64,000 nucleotides of DNA from a virus. The position numbers and the translations under genes are program-made. Shown here piece by piece: positions 40,154 to 49,204 of the stretch. Position 1 is the first letter of the stretch; every line of letters begins with the position of its first letter. Location: IMG/VR virus record IMGVR_UViG_3300020411_000003. The stretch is one strand, 5' to 3'. A model generated the notes under the pieces. The model ran no database searches. It was not told where the DNA came from and saw only the letters and a list, made by a program, of their open reading frames with translations.

Positions 40154-40463
40154 GTCCTACTACGTCTCCGTTTTTCCAGTCGGAACCTACTACTAGTATA
40201 TCAGGGTTTATGATTTTAATCAATTCTTCAAGCTCTTGTCTTGAATCGAACGTATGGATTACGTCCACTGCTTTCAAAGAACTCAGTTGATACTTTCTAT
40301 CCTCTAATGGATAGATGGGTCTATCTGGTCCTTTGTCTTGCCTGACCTTTCTATCAGTATCGATACCCACTATAAGCATAGATCCTAAAGATCTAGCATA
40401 GTTTAGCAATTCAAAATGTCCTCTATGAAGAACATCAAAGCAACCATTAACCCAAATAATCAT
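40056..40463 (-). CDS. HldE/RfaE nucleotidyltransferase domain
   Basis: NGCFDVLHRGH, KGPDRPI, GSDW, YSTT. Confidence 0.9.
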   Translation of the reverse strand: MIIWVNGCFDVLHRGHFELLNYARSLGSMLIVGIDTDRKVRQDKGPDRPIYPLEDRKYQLSSLKAVDVIHTFDSRQELEELIKIINPDILVVGSDWKNGDVVGREYAKRVEFFDRIGEYSTTKTIQGHRYRRDMY

Positions 40464-41098
40464 GTGTATTTTTTGTAAAGATTGCCATGCATTTGATTTG
40501 GATGCTGATTTTGTTTTAGATGTGGTGCATCAATATCAGCACAGAAGAAAGCAGTTACGATATGCTTTGAATCCATTGTAGATTTGTTACCTCTGTGTGG
40601 ATATAACTGATTGCAGGGGAAGATTAAAAGTTTACCTTGTTCAGCTTCACATTTGTAATCTAGATCAGGAAACTCAGTTTCCCCACCACCTCTGACATTA
40701 TCCAAGTAAATGATCATGGCATAGAGTCTTGATAATAATAGTGGATCCATTGGGGATATGTCAATATGATCCCTAAACCATCCATTATTTTTATCATAGC
40801 ATCTAATAGAATGATCGTAAGATACTAGAGGTGCTCTCCAAAGAAGTTTGTCTTTAGCACCCCATTTATAGAAATGATTAATAGCACGATCAGTTTCAAT
40901 TGCTAACTGACACCAAAAATCTTGTCCAACGATAGGAACTACTTGTCTACATTTTTTATGTACATGGTCAACTTCACCCATTCCAACACCACCTTCCTCA
41001 TGGAATCTAGTATTAGTCCAGAACCAATCTTTCCATGCTTCACAATCTTCTGCTGGCAGAAAATTCTTTTCTTCGTATATAAGATCTGTTAATTTCAT
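40460..41098 (-). CDS. 2OG-Fe(II) oxygenase
   Basis: HID...IYLDNVRGGGETEF...HRG. Confidence 0.85.
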   Translation of the reverse strand: MKLTDLIYEEKNFLPAEDCEAWKDWFWTNTRFHEEGGVGMGEVDHVHKKCRQVVPIVGQDFWCQLAIETDRAINHFYKWGAKDKLLWRAPLVSYDHSIRCYDKNNGWFRDHIDISPMDPLLLSRLYAMIIYLDNVRGGGETEFPDLDYKCEAEQGKLLIFPCNQLYPHRGNKSTMDSKHIVTAFFCADIDAPHLKQNQHPNQMHGNLYKKYT

Positions 41099-42798
41099 AG
41101 TAGTTGTTTTAGGTCTCTTTTAGATAATCTTTCTTCTGATCTTTCCACTGAATTTGGAATGAATAACAGTTCTGCTCTTTCTGGTAAGTAGAGATATTGA
41201 ATCTCACTTTCTCGCATAGTTTTTAATGCATCGTCTATAGTTTCAACTATAGTATCTCCAGCTAGATTGAAAGATGTGTTAAACAATATAGGCACATCTG
41301 TTATGTGATAGAATGCCTCTATTAATTTATAGTAGTTTGGATTCTGTTCTTCTGATAAAGTTTGAATCCTACATGTATCATCAACATGAGTAATACAAGG
41401 TATCCTTTCAGGTTGTAATACATCTACTGCATACATCATATATGGTGATTCAGATAATCTATCCATATCAAACCATTCATGTGCATGGTCAGCAAGTACT
41501 GTTCCAGCAAAAGGTCTCCAGTGTTCTCTCTTCTTTACTGTATTGACTTTATCCTTTCCAGTAGGATCACGAGGATCATATAATATAGATCTGTTACCAA
41601 GAGCACGAGGACCATTCTCAGATCTACCTTGAGCAATAGCAACTATATGACCTTGACTAATTAAATCAGCAACACTTTCAGGAACAACCTCAGATACTTT
41701 AAACTCATCATCTTTTAACTGATAATCATATTCCAATGATTGTCCAAAGTATACATTGGTCAATGGTTTTATTTTTTTCTTTCTATATTGTTTGGGGCAT
41801 TCTCTTGCATAGGTTATATACGCTGCACCCATAGAAGTACCACAGTCACTAGACATAGGTTCTACATATAGATTAATATCTTTAGGTAGTCTTTTTAATA
41901 CTCTATAGTTACCAACACAATTTAAAGCACAACCACCAGTAAAGATAACATTAGAACATTTAGTTAATTCAACTGCTTTTAAAATATTTCTATAGATATA
42001 TTCTTCAAAATCTTTTTGTAATTTATAACAAAGATCTGCATGACGTTGAAACTTATCTTGTTCATTCTTAGAATATGAAATGTAATCCCATGGCCGTACT
42101 CTTGCCATAACATTCTTATGCTCATTATAATCTGCTAGAGCAAATACTTCTGGGTTACCACCCATCTCAGAAAGTATAGGTTTAATTCTATCATTAGTAT
42201 TTCCATAAGAGGAAAGACCCATTGTTTTACCACACTCTAAACTATCCCATCCTAAAAATTCTGTAATACCAGAATAAGCAAAACCTACACCAATACTTTT
42301 TGTGGGATGTACAAATGGTGGTGCTCCTTTGACAGTTTGATTATTATATCCAATAACTTTTTGATGTAAACATCTTGTAGCATTAGGATCTTGATTGAAA
42401 TAAAAGATACTTTCATTCTCCTTACCCCAATCATAATCAGCACCTGCACCATCTATAACAAGAACAGCTGCATCATTAAATCCTGAATTATAAAACGCAC
42501 ATGAGGCATGTAGAGAATGGTGGTAGTCCTTTGCTTCTACATACCTCTTAACTTTAATCCCGATCTTTTTAATATATTTAAAGTATGGACCAAAATCATT
42601 CTTGGTATTGTACAAATGTGTGTAAGCACATAAGTCAATCTCCTTAGTGTATTTGGCTACTAGATCCAGAGCATGAAATACTTCTCTGTCATATTTGACA
42701 TGTGTTAATCTCTCTTCTTGTATTGACAATACAACTTCATTGTCTTTCATGAGACAAATAGAAGCATCATGAGATCTATTAACACCAAGTATCCACAT
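41095..42798 (-). CDS. NodU/CmcH-family carbamoyltransferase 1
   Basis: HDAS, HHSLHA, IDGAG, GKTMGL, GPRALGNRSIL, K.RE.WRPFA, NTSFN. Confidence 0.93.
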   Translation of the reverse strand: MWILGVNRSHDASICLMKDNEVVLSIQEERLTHVKYDREVFHALDLVAKYTKEIDLCAYTHLYNTKNDFGPYFKYIKKIGIKVKRYVEAKDYHHSLHASCAFYNSGFNDAAVLVIDGAGADYDWGKENESIFYFNQDPNATRCLHQKVIGYNNQTVKGAPPFVHPTKSIGVGFAYSGITEFLGWDSLECGKTMGLSSYGNTNDRIKPILSEMGGNPEVFALADYNEHKNVMARVRPWDYISYSKNEQDKFQRHADLCYKLQKDFEEYIYRNILKAVELTKCSNVIFTGGCALNCVGNYRVLKRLPKDINLYVEPMSSDCGTSMGAAYITYARECPKQYRKKKIKPLTNVYFGQSLEYDYQLKDDEFKVSEVVPESVADLISQGHIVAIAQGRSENGPRALGNRSILYDPRDPTGKDKVNTVKKREHWRPFAGTVLADHAHEWFDMDRLSESPYMMYAVDVLQPERIPCITHVDDTCRIQTLSEEQNPNYYKLIEAFYHITDVPILFNTSFNLAGDTIVETIDDALKTMRESEIQYLYLPERAELLFIPNSVERSEERLSKRDLKQLL

Positions 42799-42800
42799 AA

Positions 42801-43442
42801 TTAAGCAGGATTAAAATTAATATTTAAAACTATACGTTCAGTTGTGCTCTCTGGATAGCGAGAGGCATGATATCTTCGACCATCAAATAAGACTAATCTA
42901 CCTTGTTTAGGTTTAACAGTCTTAGCAACAGTAAAGAGACTGGGGTCATACCCATTAATAAACCTCTTGACCTCAAGATCTAGAAATTCATTAAAGAAAT
43001 GTGTTTCTCCATCACTATCATTAAGGTAATAAATTGCCGTGTATTTCAATCCATCACCTTGATAATCAACATGTGGAACATGATGAGGTTGTTTGTTCTT
43101 GTTCAATGTAAAGAGACCCAATCTTAATTGAACAAGATCCTTGATAGTCATGTTAATTTTTTCTTCCATCGAATACAGAAGAGGAACGAAGATATCATAC
43201 CACTCAGAATCTTTTCCCTCTCTGCCCCAAAGGATGTGCATGAACCCAGTAAACGAAGAATCCTCCACATCAATCTTAGAATCATTAAGTTTATTCTGTT
43301 CCCAGTACCATAATGGTGATGTTATGTCACGATTAAAGTACCATGGAAACTTAGAATCCATGACTGTTTGCTTCAGATGCTCCTGATATCTAGGATTGAT
43401 TACATCATCAATAACTAGTATATCTTCAAAGTGGTCAGTCAT
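42801..43442 (-). CDS. 2OG-Fe(II) oxygenase-like protein
   Basis: PHVDY...IYYLNDSDGET...FDGRRYHAS...RIVLN. Confidence 0.8.
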   Translation of the reverse strand: MTDHFEDILVIDDVINPRYQEHLKQTVMDSKFPWYFNRDITSPLWYWEQNKLNDSKIDVEDSSFTGFMHILWGREGKDSEWYDIFVPLLYSMEEKINMTIKDLVQLRLGLFTLNKNKQPHHVPHVDYQGDGLKYTAIYYLNDSDGETHFFNEFLDLEVKRFINGYDPSLFTVAKTVKPKQGRLVLFDGRRYHASRYPESTTERIVLNINFNPA

Positions 43443-45135
43443 CAGACTTGTTAGGAACCTTGACTAACTTTTGAATTTCTGGGAGATACATATATTCGAT
43501 CTCGCTTGTTTCTAATGTCTCTAACGCATCATGAATTGTTTCAACCAGAGGTTCACCTCCAAGATTGAAACTAGTGTTAAAGAGTATAGGTACACCTGTA
43601 ATCTTATCGAAAGCATCAATAAGTTTATAGTAGTGATCATTCTGTTCCTCCGTCACAGTTTGAATACGACATGTTCCATCAACATGAATAACTGACGGAA
43701 TCTTGTCTTCCACACCTTCATGACATCTAACTGCATACATCATGTGTGGAGTTTCTTCTCTTCCTTGAAGATCAAACCAATCATGAACATTCTCTTTCTT
43801 AATAGAACATGCAAATGGTCTAAACCACTCACGATGTTTAACACCATTAACAATATCCTTACCATCTTTAACAGTAGGATCAAAGAGAATAGATCTATTA
43901 CCTAAAGCACGAGGACCACCTTCAGATCTTCCTTGGAAGATAGTTACAATATTACCTTCACGAATAAGTGCAGCAACATCATCATAGGTAGTATCTTTTA
44001 CATCTAAACCAGCAATAGCTTCTTCATAAGTTGCAGGATCATACTGAGGACCATAGTAAACAGATGCTTGCTTTCTAGGTTCTTCATTATCAGTAAGTTG
44101 ATGTAACTTATAAAGTGCTCCACCGATAGATGTACCACCATCATGTGAGATAGGTTCACAATAGATGTTTAGATCAGGGAAGCGTTCCCAATACTTATAG
44201 TTTGCAACACAGTTAAGACCATAACCACCACAAACTACAATATTCTTTTCACCAGTTAACTCAACTGCTTTCTCAATCAACTGACACATACGTTCAGAAG
44301 TTTCTTCTTGAATCTTATATGCCATATCCTTTTGGATATCTGTATGATCAAGTCTCTCACCCTTTTGATGATATTTCATATCCTCAGAAAGGATAGGGAA
44401 TCTTGCTGCATTGATTTGAGCAGCATTAGGATATGTCGGTACAATTAGATCTCTATTACCCCAACCATCCCTAAAGAATGAAGGTAACTTATCATTTGGT
44501 TTACCATATGGAGCAAGACCCATAAGTTTACCTGCTTCAATAGCAGGGAACCCACAATACTGTGTTACTGCTTCATACATTTTAGTATGACCAGGATATT
44601 CAGTAATGAATGTATTAGGTTCTGGTTCATGGAAACCAATAGCAGCTTTAGTTCCTACATGCTTCCATACTTGCTCAAACTCTTCTGGATACTCTGCATG
44701 GAATATAGTTTCAAATTCATACAAGGTATCTGGAACCTCACTCATTTGTAAGAAACTTCCAGCACCATCAGCAATGACACAAGCAGCAGTTTCAAAACCA
44801 GAATTATAGAAACCACATGCAGCATGCATTTCATGGTGGTTTAAATCAATGTAAGTTGTTTCAAACGTAAATTTCTTACGAGCAATCTTCCTTACAAGAC
44901 CCTCATACATATGTTCACCAGTCCAATCAAGATTAGGACCAGATCTATGTGTATGGCAAACAACTAAGTGATCAATATGATCAACATATTCAAATGCCTT
45001 GAGGATACCTAACATAGGAGATCCATCATACTTAAATCTACTAAGTCTTTCTTCTTCGAGATAGAAAACTATCTCACCGTCTACCATTAGACAGGTACTA
45101 CCGTTGTGTCCACGTGCAACCGCTAAAATAATCAT
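43435..45135 (-). CDS. NodU/CmcH-family carbamoyltransferase 2
   Basis: HHEMHA, ADGAG, GKLMGLAPYG, GPRALGNRSIL, KHREWFRPFA, NTSFN. Confidence 0.93.
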   Translation of the reverse strand: MIILAVARGHNGSTCLMVDGEIVFYLEEERLSRFKYDGSPMLGILKAFEYVDHIDHLVVCHTHRSGPNLDWTGEHMYEGLVRKIARKKFTFETTYIDLNHHEMHAACGFYNSGFETAACVIADGAGSFLQMSEVPDTLYEFETIFHAEYPEEFEQVWKHVGTKAAIGFHEPEPNTFITEYPGHTKMYEAVTQYCGFPAIEAGKLMGLAPYGKPNDKLPSFFRDGWGNRDLIVPTYPNAAQINAARFPILSEDMKYHQKGERLDHTDIQKDMAYKIQEETSERMCQLIEKAVELTGEKNIVVCGGYGLNCVANYKYWERFPDLNIYCEPISHDGGTSIGGALYKLHQLTDNEEPRKQASVYYGPQYDPATYEEAIAGLDVKDTTYDDVAALIREGNIVTIFQGRSEGGPRALGNRSILFDPTVKDGKDIVNGVKHREWFRPFACSIKKENVHDWFDLQGREETPHMMYAVRCHEGVEDKIPSVIHVDGTCRIQTVTEEQNDHYYKLIDAFDKITGVPILFNTSFNLGGEPLVETIHDALETLETSEIEYMYLPEIQKLVKVPNKSDD

Positions 45136-45141
45136 GTTACC

Positions 45142-46329
45142 TCACTTAGTTTTTATTACATCAGCAAACCCTGAAGGGGTCTTACTCAATGGTTTAATAT
45201 CACATTGATCAGCCATCAATGCTGGAATCAGATTTGGATTGTTAGATTTCTTTGGTTCTTTTGAACCTAAAGATGGCATAGGCATCATCCCGTTAGCCTT
45301 CTGTTTCTTCATCTCTTCTTCCATCTGTAGAGTATAATCTACTTGTTGCTGCATCTCATCAGGAAGTCTGATAACTTTATCAGAAGCTTTATAATACTTC
45401 TTCATAAGTTTATCAACCTCTTGCATGATAACAGCTTCAACCTTATCATTCATCGCCATAATACGATCATTGACTCTGTTGGTGTATTCATCAATGGTGA
45501 TACGAATGGGATCGTATACTCTTAAACCTTCACCCATATCAAGAACAGTGAACTTCTTATCATCTGGGTAACTAATGTTTTCTTTGAATGTAGATCCAAC
45601 AACTACAACTGCTGGTTTATCAAATGCTTTCGCAATGTGTTGTCCAACAGAATCACAACCAACAAACAAATCAGCTGCTTTAATAGCACCAGCAAGTTCC
45701 CTTAAAGATCTACCTTGAGGATGAGATACAGTTTCTGTAAATCCTTCCTTCTCAAAATCAATTGTTAATTCTGATAGAAGAATAAGAGAATATTTCTTCT
45801 GTAACTTCTTCATGATACTGATTACATTATTAAATTCGAAACTTCTTCCAGAAGTATCCATAATAATATTACCAGCAGTCTGAACTCCTCTACCAAATGG
45901 TTGGAAGACTACAGTTTTCTTTTTCTTAGTTCTTTGTCTGACCTCTTCTACAATAAAGATTCCAGTTGTTTCTTCTTCTCTGGAAAGTTTAATTGTTGGT
46001 TTAGGCAACTCTCTTGGTTCAGACAAACCATTGATCTCAATATCAAATGCTTGAGAGAGGTTGCATTTTTGATTATAGTAATGCCAGATTCTATATGGTT
46101 CTGGTGTAACTATATCTGTGTGTTTAATCTTGTCTTCGAAAAGATCTTTATGCCAATGGTCGTAGCATTTCCTGTGTAGAGAAGGATGACCTTTAAAAAA
46201 ATCTGTACCACCTTCACAGACAATTACAAAGTCTTCGTCTGGGTGTTCTTCTTGATATTTTTCGAAAGCAGGGATGGAGCAGAGTACACGTCCTGCACCA
46301 CCATTTATAAAAAATGATTTGGGTCTCAT
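45142..46329 (-). CDS. GT9-like glycosyltransferase (heptosyltransferase family)
   Basis: GGAGRVLCSIP at N-terminus; IKAADLFVGCDSVGQHIAKAFDKPAVVVVGST matches the GT9 donor-binding signature; start placed at ATG 46329. Confidence 0.75.
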   Translation of the reverse strand: MRPKSFFINGGAGRVLCSIPAFEKYQEEHPDEDFVIVCEGGTDFFKGHPSLHRKCYDHWHKDLFEDKIKHTDIVTPEPYRIWHYYNQKCNLSQAFDIEINGLSEPRELPKPTIKLSREEETTGIFIVEEVRQRTKKKKTVVFQPFGRGVQTAGNIIMDTSGRSFEFNNVISIMKKLQKKYSLILLSELTIDFEKEGFTETVSHPQGRSLRELAGAIKAADLFVGCDSVGQHIAKAFDKPAVVVVGSTFKENISYPDDKKFTVLDMGEGLRVYDPIRITIDEYTNRVNDRIMAMNDKVEAVIMQEVDKLMKKYYKASDKVIRLPDEMQQQVDYTLQMEEEMKKQKANGMMPMPSLGSKEPKKSNNPNLIPALMADQCDIKPLSKTPSGFADVIKTK

Positions 46330-46390
46330 AATATGTTTAATATAGAATGATATAGAAGATTTATTCAACTTCGCTACTATTTATACGCAT

Positions 46391-46418
46391 AAAAAAGGAC
46401 GGATATTACTCCGTCCTT
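46391..46418 (-). terminator. intrinsic terminator immediately upstream of the cassette's late promoter
   Basis: AAGGACGGA-gtaata-TCCGTCCTT running into a T-tract. Confidence 0.85.
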
Positions 46419-46439
46419 CCGATCCATCTCGAACTTTTT

Positions 46440-47279
46440 TTAACCTCTCAGAACCTGTGGTTGTGCGTTCTCAATATTTGTAGGATCTGGAGTCTCTAGA
46501 GACTTGGTTAATCCTGTAGCAGCATCGATCAACTCATCGTAGTCAGTAACACGATAGTCATATCCATCGATCCAAGGAGTACGAGGATCATCAGGGAATG
46601 GAATCATGTGAGGTCCCCAACCATCAGCAGCAGGGAACTTAGTATAGAGTTGATTTAATTCTGCAATGAAAGATGTAAGAGCAGCTCTTTGCTGATCAGT
46701 AAGGTTACCCTGACCACCATTTTCAGTTGCTTCTGCATCTAAGACTGCTTGAGCATCATTCATTAATGTATCACGAGCAGCTTGATGTTGCTCCATTGTG
46801 ATCCAAGGCTTGAACCAAGGAAGAGGAGACTTCCAAGCACCTGCTGCTTGATCATACTCAATCTCGTCAGCTGCATAGGCATGGTCAGGTGAGATAGGGT
46901 CAGGACGCTCATAATAAACTGTGTCATCACCAGCAATTTTATATTCTTTCTGAGGATAACCAGCTGCTTTACCAGTATCTTTACCGAAGTAAATTGCACC
47001 GATGATTGCTTCCTCATCAGTAGGAGAGTTCATATCAATGAGAACTGCAATCTCATCTACTCCAGCACGAATGTTTGCATTCTCTGTATCTTCAGCAGAT
47101 GGTTGTCTGTTGAATGCGATGCAAGACTGAGATGGAAGCAACTTACCACTTGCTTTATCGACAAACACAAACATCCAACGTGGACCTTCGTATGTCCAAC
47201 TAGCAGTAAGACCTAGTGCATCCGTTTGCGCCAAGTAATCGTCTGGCACTTTATAAGTGAATGTTTTTGAAAAAGCCAT
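46440..47279 (-). CDS. putative fibre assembly chaperone
   Basis: C-terminal RAAL..FIAEL..L...P....W.P..IPFP..P resembles tail-fibre assembly chaperones. Confidence 0.5.
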   Translation of the reverse strand: MAFSKTFTYKVPDDYLAQTDALGLTASWTYEGPRWMFVFVDKASGKLLPSQSCIAFNRQPSAEDTENANIRAGVDEIAVLIDMNSPTDEEAIIGAIYFGKDTGKAAGYPQKEYKIAGDDTVYYERPDPISPDHAYAADEIEYDQAAGAWKSPLPWFKPWITMEQHQAARDTLMNDAQAVLDAEATENGGQGNLTDQQRAALTSFIAELNQLYTKFPAADGWGPHMIPFPDDPRTPWIDGYDYRVTDYDELIDAATGLTKSLETPDPTNIENAQPQVLRG

Positions 47280-47319
47280 AACCTTAGTTTACCTATACCT
47301 TGTTATTTATACAATTTGA

Positions 47320-48222
47320 TTAGTTTTCGTCGTACTTGTAATTGATACGGATCATACCAGAAGTACCATTTTGACCGTAGCAGCATCCACCACCACAAGT
47401 CCATCCAGAAGGACCACCAACACCAGGAACAAAGTTGTGATCAGAGAATGATCCACCCCATCCTAATTGTGCAGTTGACCAATGAAGTAAGCAATAACCA
47501 CATCCACTGTTTTCACATTGGATACCAGTCATCCATCCACCCTTACCGTTAACTAATCCAGCAGGATAAGGAACATGTTGCTTATTATAGCAATGCTGAT
47601 TATAACAGAAGAGATAAGCAGCACCAGGAACACCATATGCTCCACCGTCTGCACCGTGATAAGTTGCACAGCAACCACCAGGACAACTACTTAAACACAT
47701 ACTATTCCATGTGCAGCAGCATTGGAAGCAGCAAGAGCATCCTCCTCCACCACCTCTAGCACAGAAGTTACTTAAGTTTGGTCCAGTAATGTAGGTTGAG
47801 TTACCTTGATTACCACACTGACTACCAGTTCTACCGCAACCAGGAGTACCAACGCAAAGATCGTAAACGCAATTTGCTAATACGTTCTTATCACATTGAA
47901 TACGTTTCCAAGCATATGCACCAGCACCAGCAGGAATACCACGTGAGCAGCAGCATGAAGAACCACCGCCTCCACCAGCACCCCAGATCTCAAAGATAAC
48001 ATCACAAACCCCAGTTGGAACACACCATTGAGGATATCTATAGTAGTTGTAATTTGTAGAAAATTCACTACATGTAGATCCACAAGCACCAACAAAGTAC
48101 TGAACACAATAACCTTCAGAAGGTAATTTTGCTAGTTTTGTTGTAGCGTCAGGAGCAGAAAGTCCTTCTAACGAATCTGACGTGACGAATCCTAATAGAT
48201 CTCGTAAATTAGTGTTTGGCAT
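47320..48222 (-). CDS. Cys/Gly-rich protein A
   Basis: W.VP.GV...FEIWGAGGGGG glycine-rich fibre motif; 32 Cys in 300 aa (manual count). Confidence 0.8.
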   Translation of the reverse strand: MPNTNLRDLLGFVTSDSLEGLSAPDATTKLAKLPSEGYCVQYFVGACGSTCSEFSTNYNYYRYPQWCVPTGVCDVIFEIWGAGGGGGSSCCCSRGIPAGAGAYAWKRIQCDKNVLANCVYDLCVGTPGCGRTGSQCGNQGNSTYITGPNLSNFCARGGGGGCSCCFQCCCTWNSMCLSSCPGGCCATYHGADGGAYGVPGAAYLFCYNQHCYNKQHVPYPAGLVNGKGGWMTGIQCENSGCGYCLLHWSTAQLGWGGSFSDHNFVPGVGGPSGWTCGGGCCYGQNGTSGMIRINYKYDEN

Positions 48223-48246
48223 TCTTAAGTTCCTCTATCCTCTTAT

Positions 48247-49185
48247 TTAGTTAAAGTAGTACCAAGCGCAGTCTTCATTCGAAGTTTCTGACTTTAACCA
48301 GCAGGAGCAGTAAGTGATTCTAATTAGACCACCGCCTCCACGCCATCCGTAACAGCATCCACCGCCACAAGCAGTAGCAGAAGGTGAACCAACACCAGGA
48401 AGACCTGGACCACCGTTACAGTTAATGTTGTATGCCCAAGGAGTTGTACCTGTGCAATACATGTATTCATGGATGCATGCATTACCCTGATAGTTCTGAG
48501 TAATATGTCCACCCAAGTTGTTAATCAAACCAGCAGGATAAGGCATCATACCTTTAGCCCAACAGTTATTACCATCACAAGCATTGTACATAAATCCAGG
48601 TTTACCCTTGATCATGCAATCTCCACCGTAGGAACATGCACCATCACTATGGAGGTTCCATCCACCACATCCACCCCAAGAAACTTTATCTTGGCATCTA
48701 TATGTTGAGTTCCAGAATGCCCAGCAGCATGTCTTACCAGGAAGTCCACCATCAGCACAGAGGTTACTTAAGTTGCAACCACCAACCCATGTCTTACATC
48801 CTCTAATACCACAGCAGCATCTAGAGCAACAAGTTGTTGATGCAACGCAAAGTTGATAACACCAACCACCTCGTATTTGGGGATACTCTAAAGTCTTACG
48901 TACATATCCACCAGCACCACCAGGAATACCCTGTTGACAGCAGCAAGCACCACCGCCTGAACCGCCACCACCCCACAACTCGAAGGTTGCTTGAGTAGTT
49001 CCACAAGGAACGCACCAATATTGAATACAATAGTTTCTGTAACTATTGTCACAGTTACCTTGTGTACAATAAGGGTGGAATAAGAACACCCTACCTTCGT
49101 GATTCCTTTCTAACGCAGTATTTTCTGCTACGGTTTGATCGATTGTTGAGGCAAACTCTCTGCCTAATAGTTCTCGTAAATTCAT
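48247..49185 (-). CDS. Cys/Gly-rich protein B
   Basis: Paralog of A; 35 Cys in 312 aa. Confidence 0.8.
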   Translation of the reverse strand: MNLRELLGREFASTIDQTVAENTALERNHEGRVFLFHPYCTQGNCDNSYRNYCIQYWCVPCGTTQATFELWGGGGSGGGACCCQQGIPGGAGGYVRKTLEYPQIRGGWCYQLCVASTTCCSRCCCGIRGCKTWVGGCNLSNLCADGGLPGKTCCWAFWNSTYRCQDKVSWGGCGGWNLHSDGACSYGGDCMIKGKPGFMYNACDGNNCWAKGMMPYPAGLINNLGGHITQNYQGNACIHEYMYCTGTTPWAYNINCNGGPGLPGVGSPSATACGGGCCYGWRGGGGLIRITYCSCWLKSETSNEDCAWYYFN

Positions 49186-49204
49186 TGTACTCTTATATCT
49201 CCTA

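Noticed and set aside
41095-45135. Reading the carbamoyltransferases plus pyrE as a pyrimidine-synthesis module
   Set aside because: The motifs are NodU/CmcH type (Kae1-like plus YrdC-like), not aspartate or ornithine transcarbamylase, and pyrE lies 29 kb away in a different expression class.
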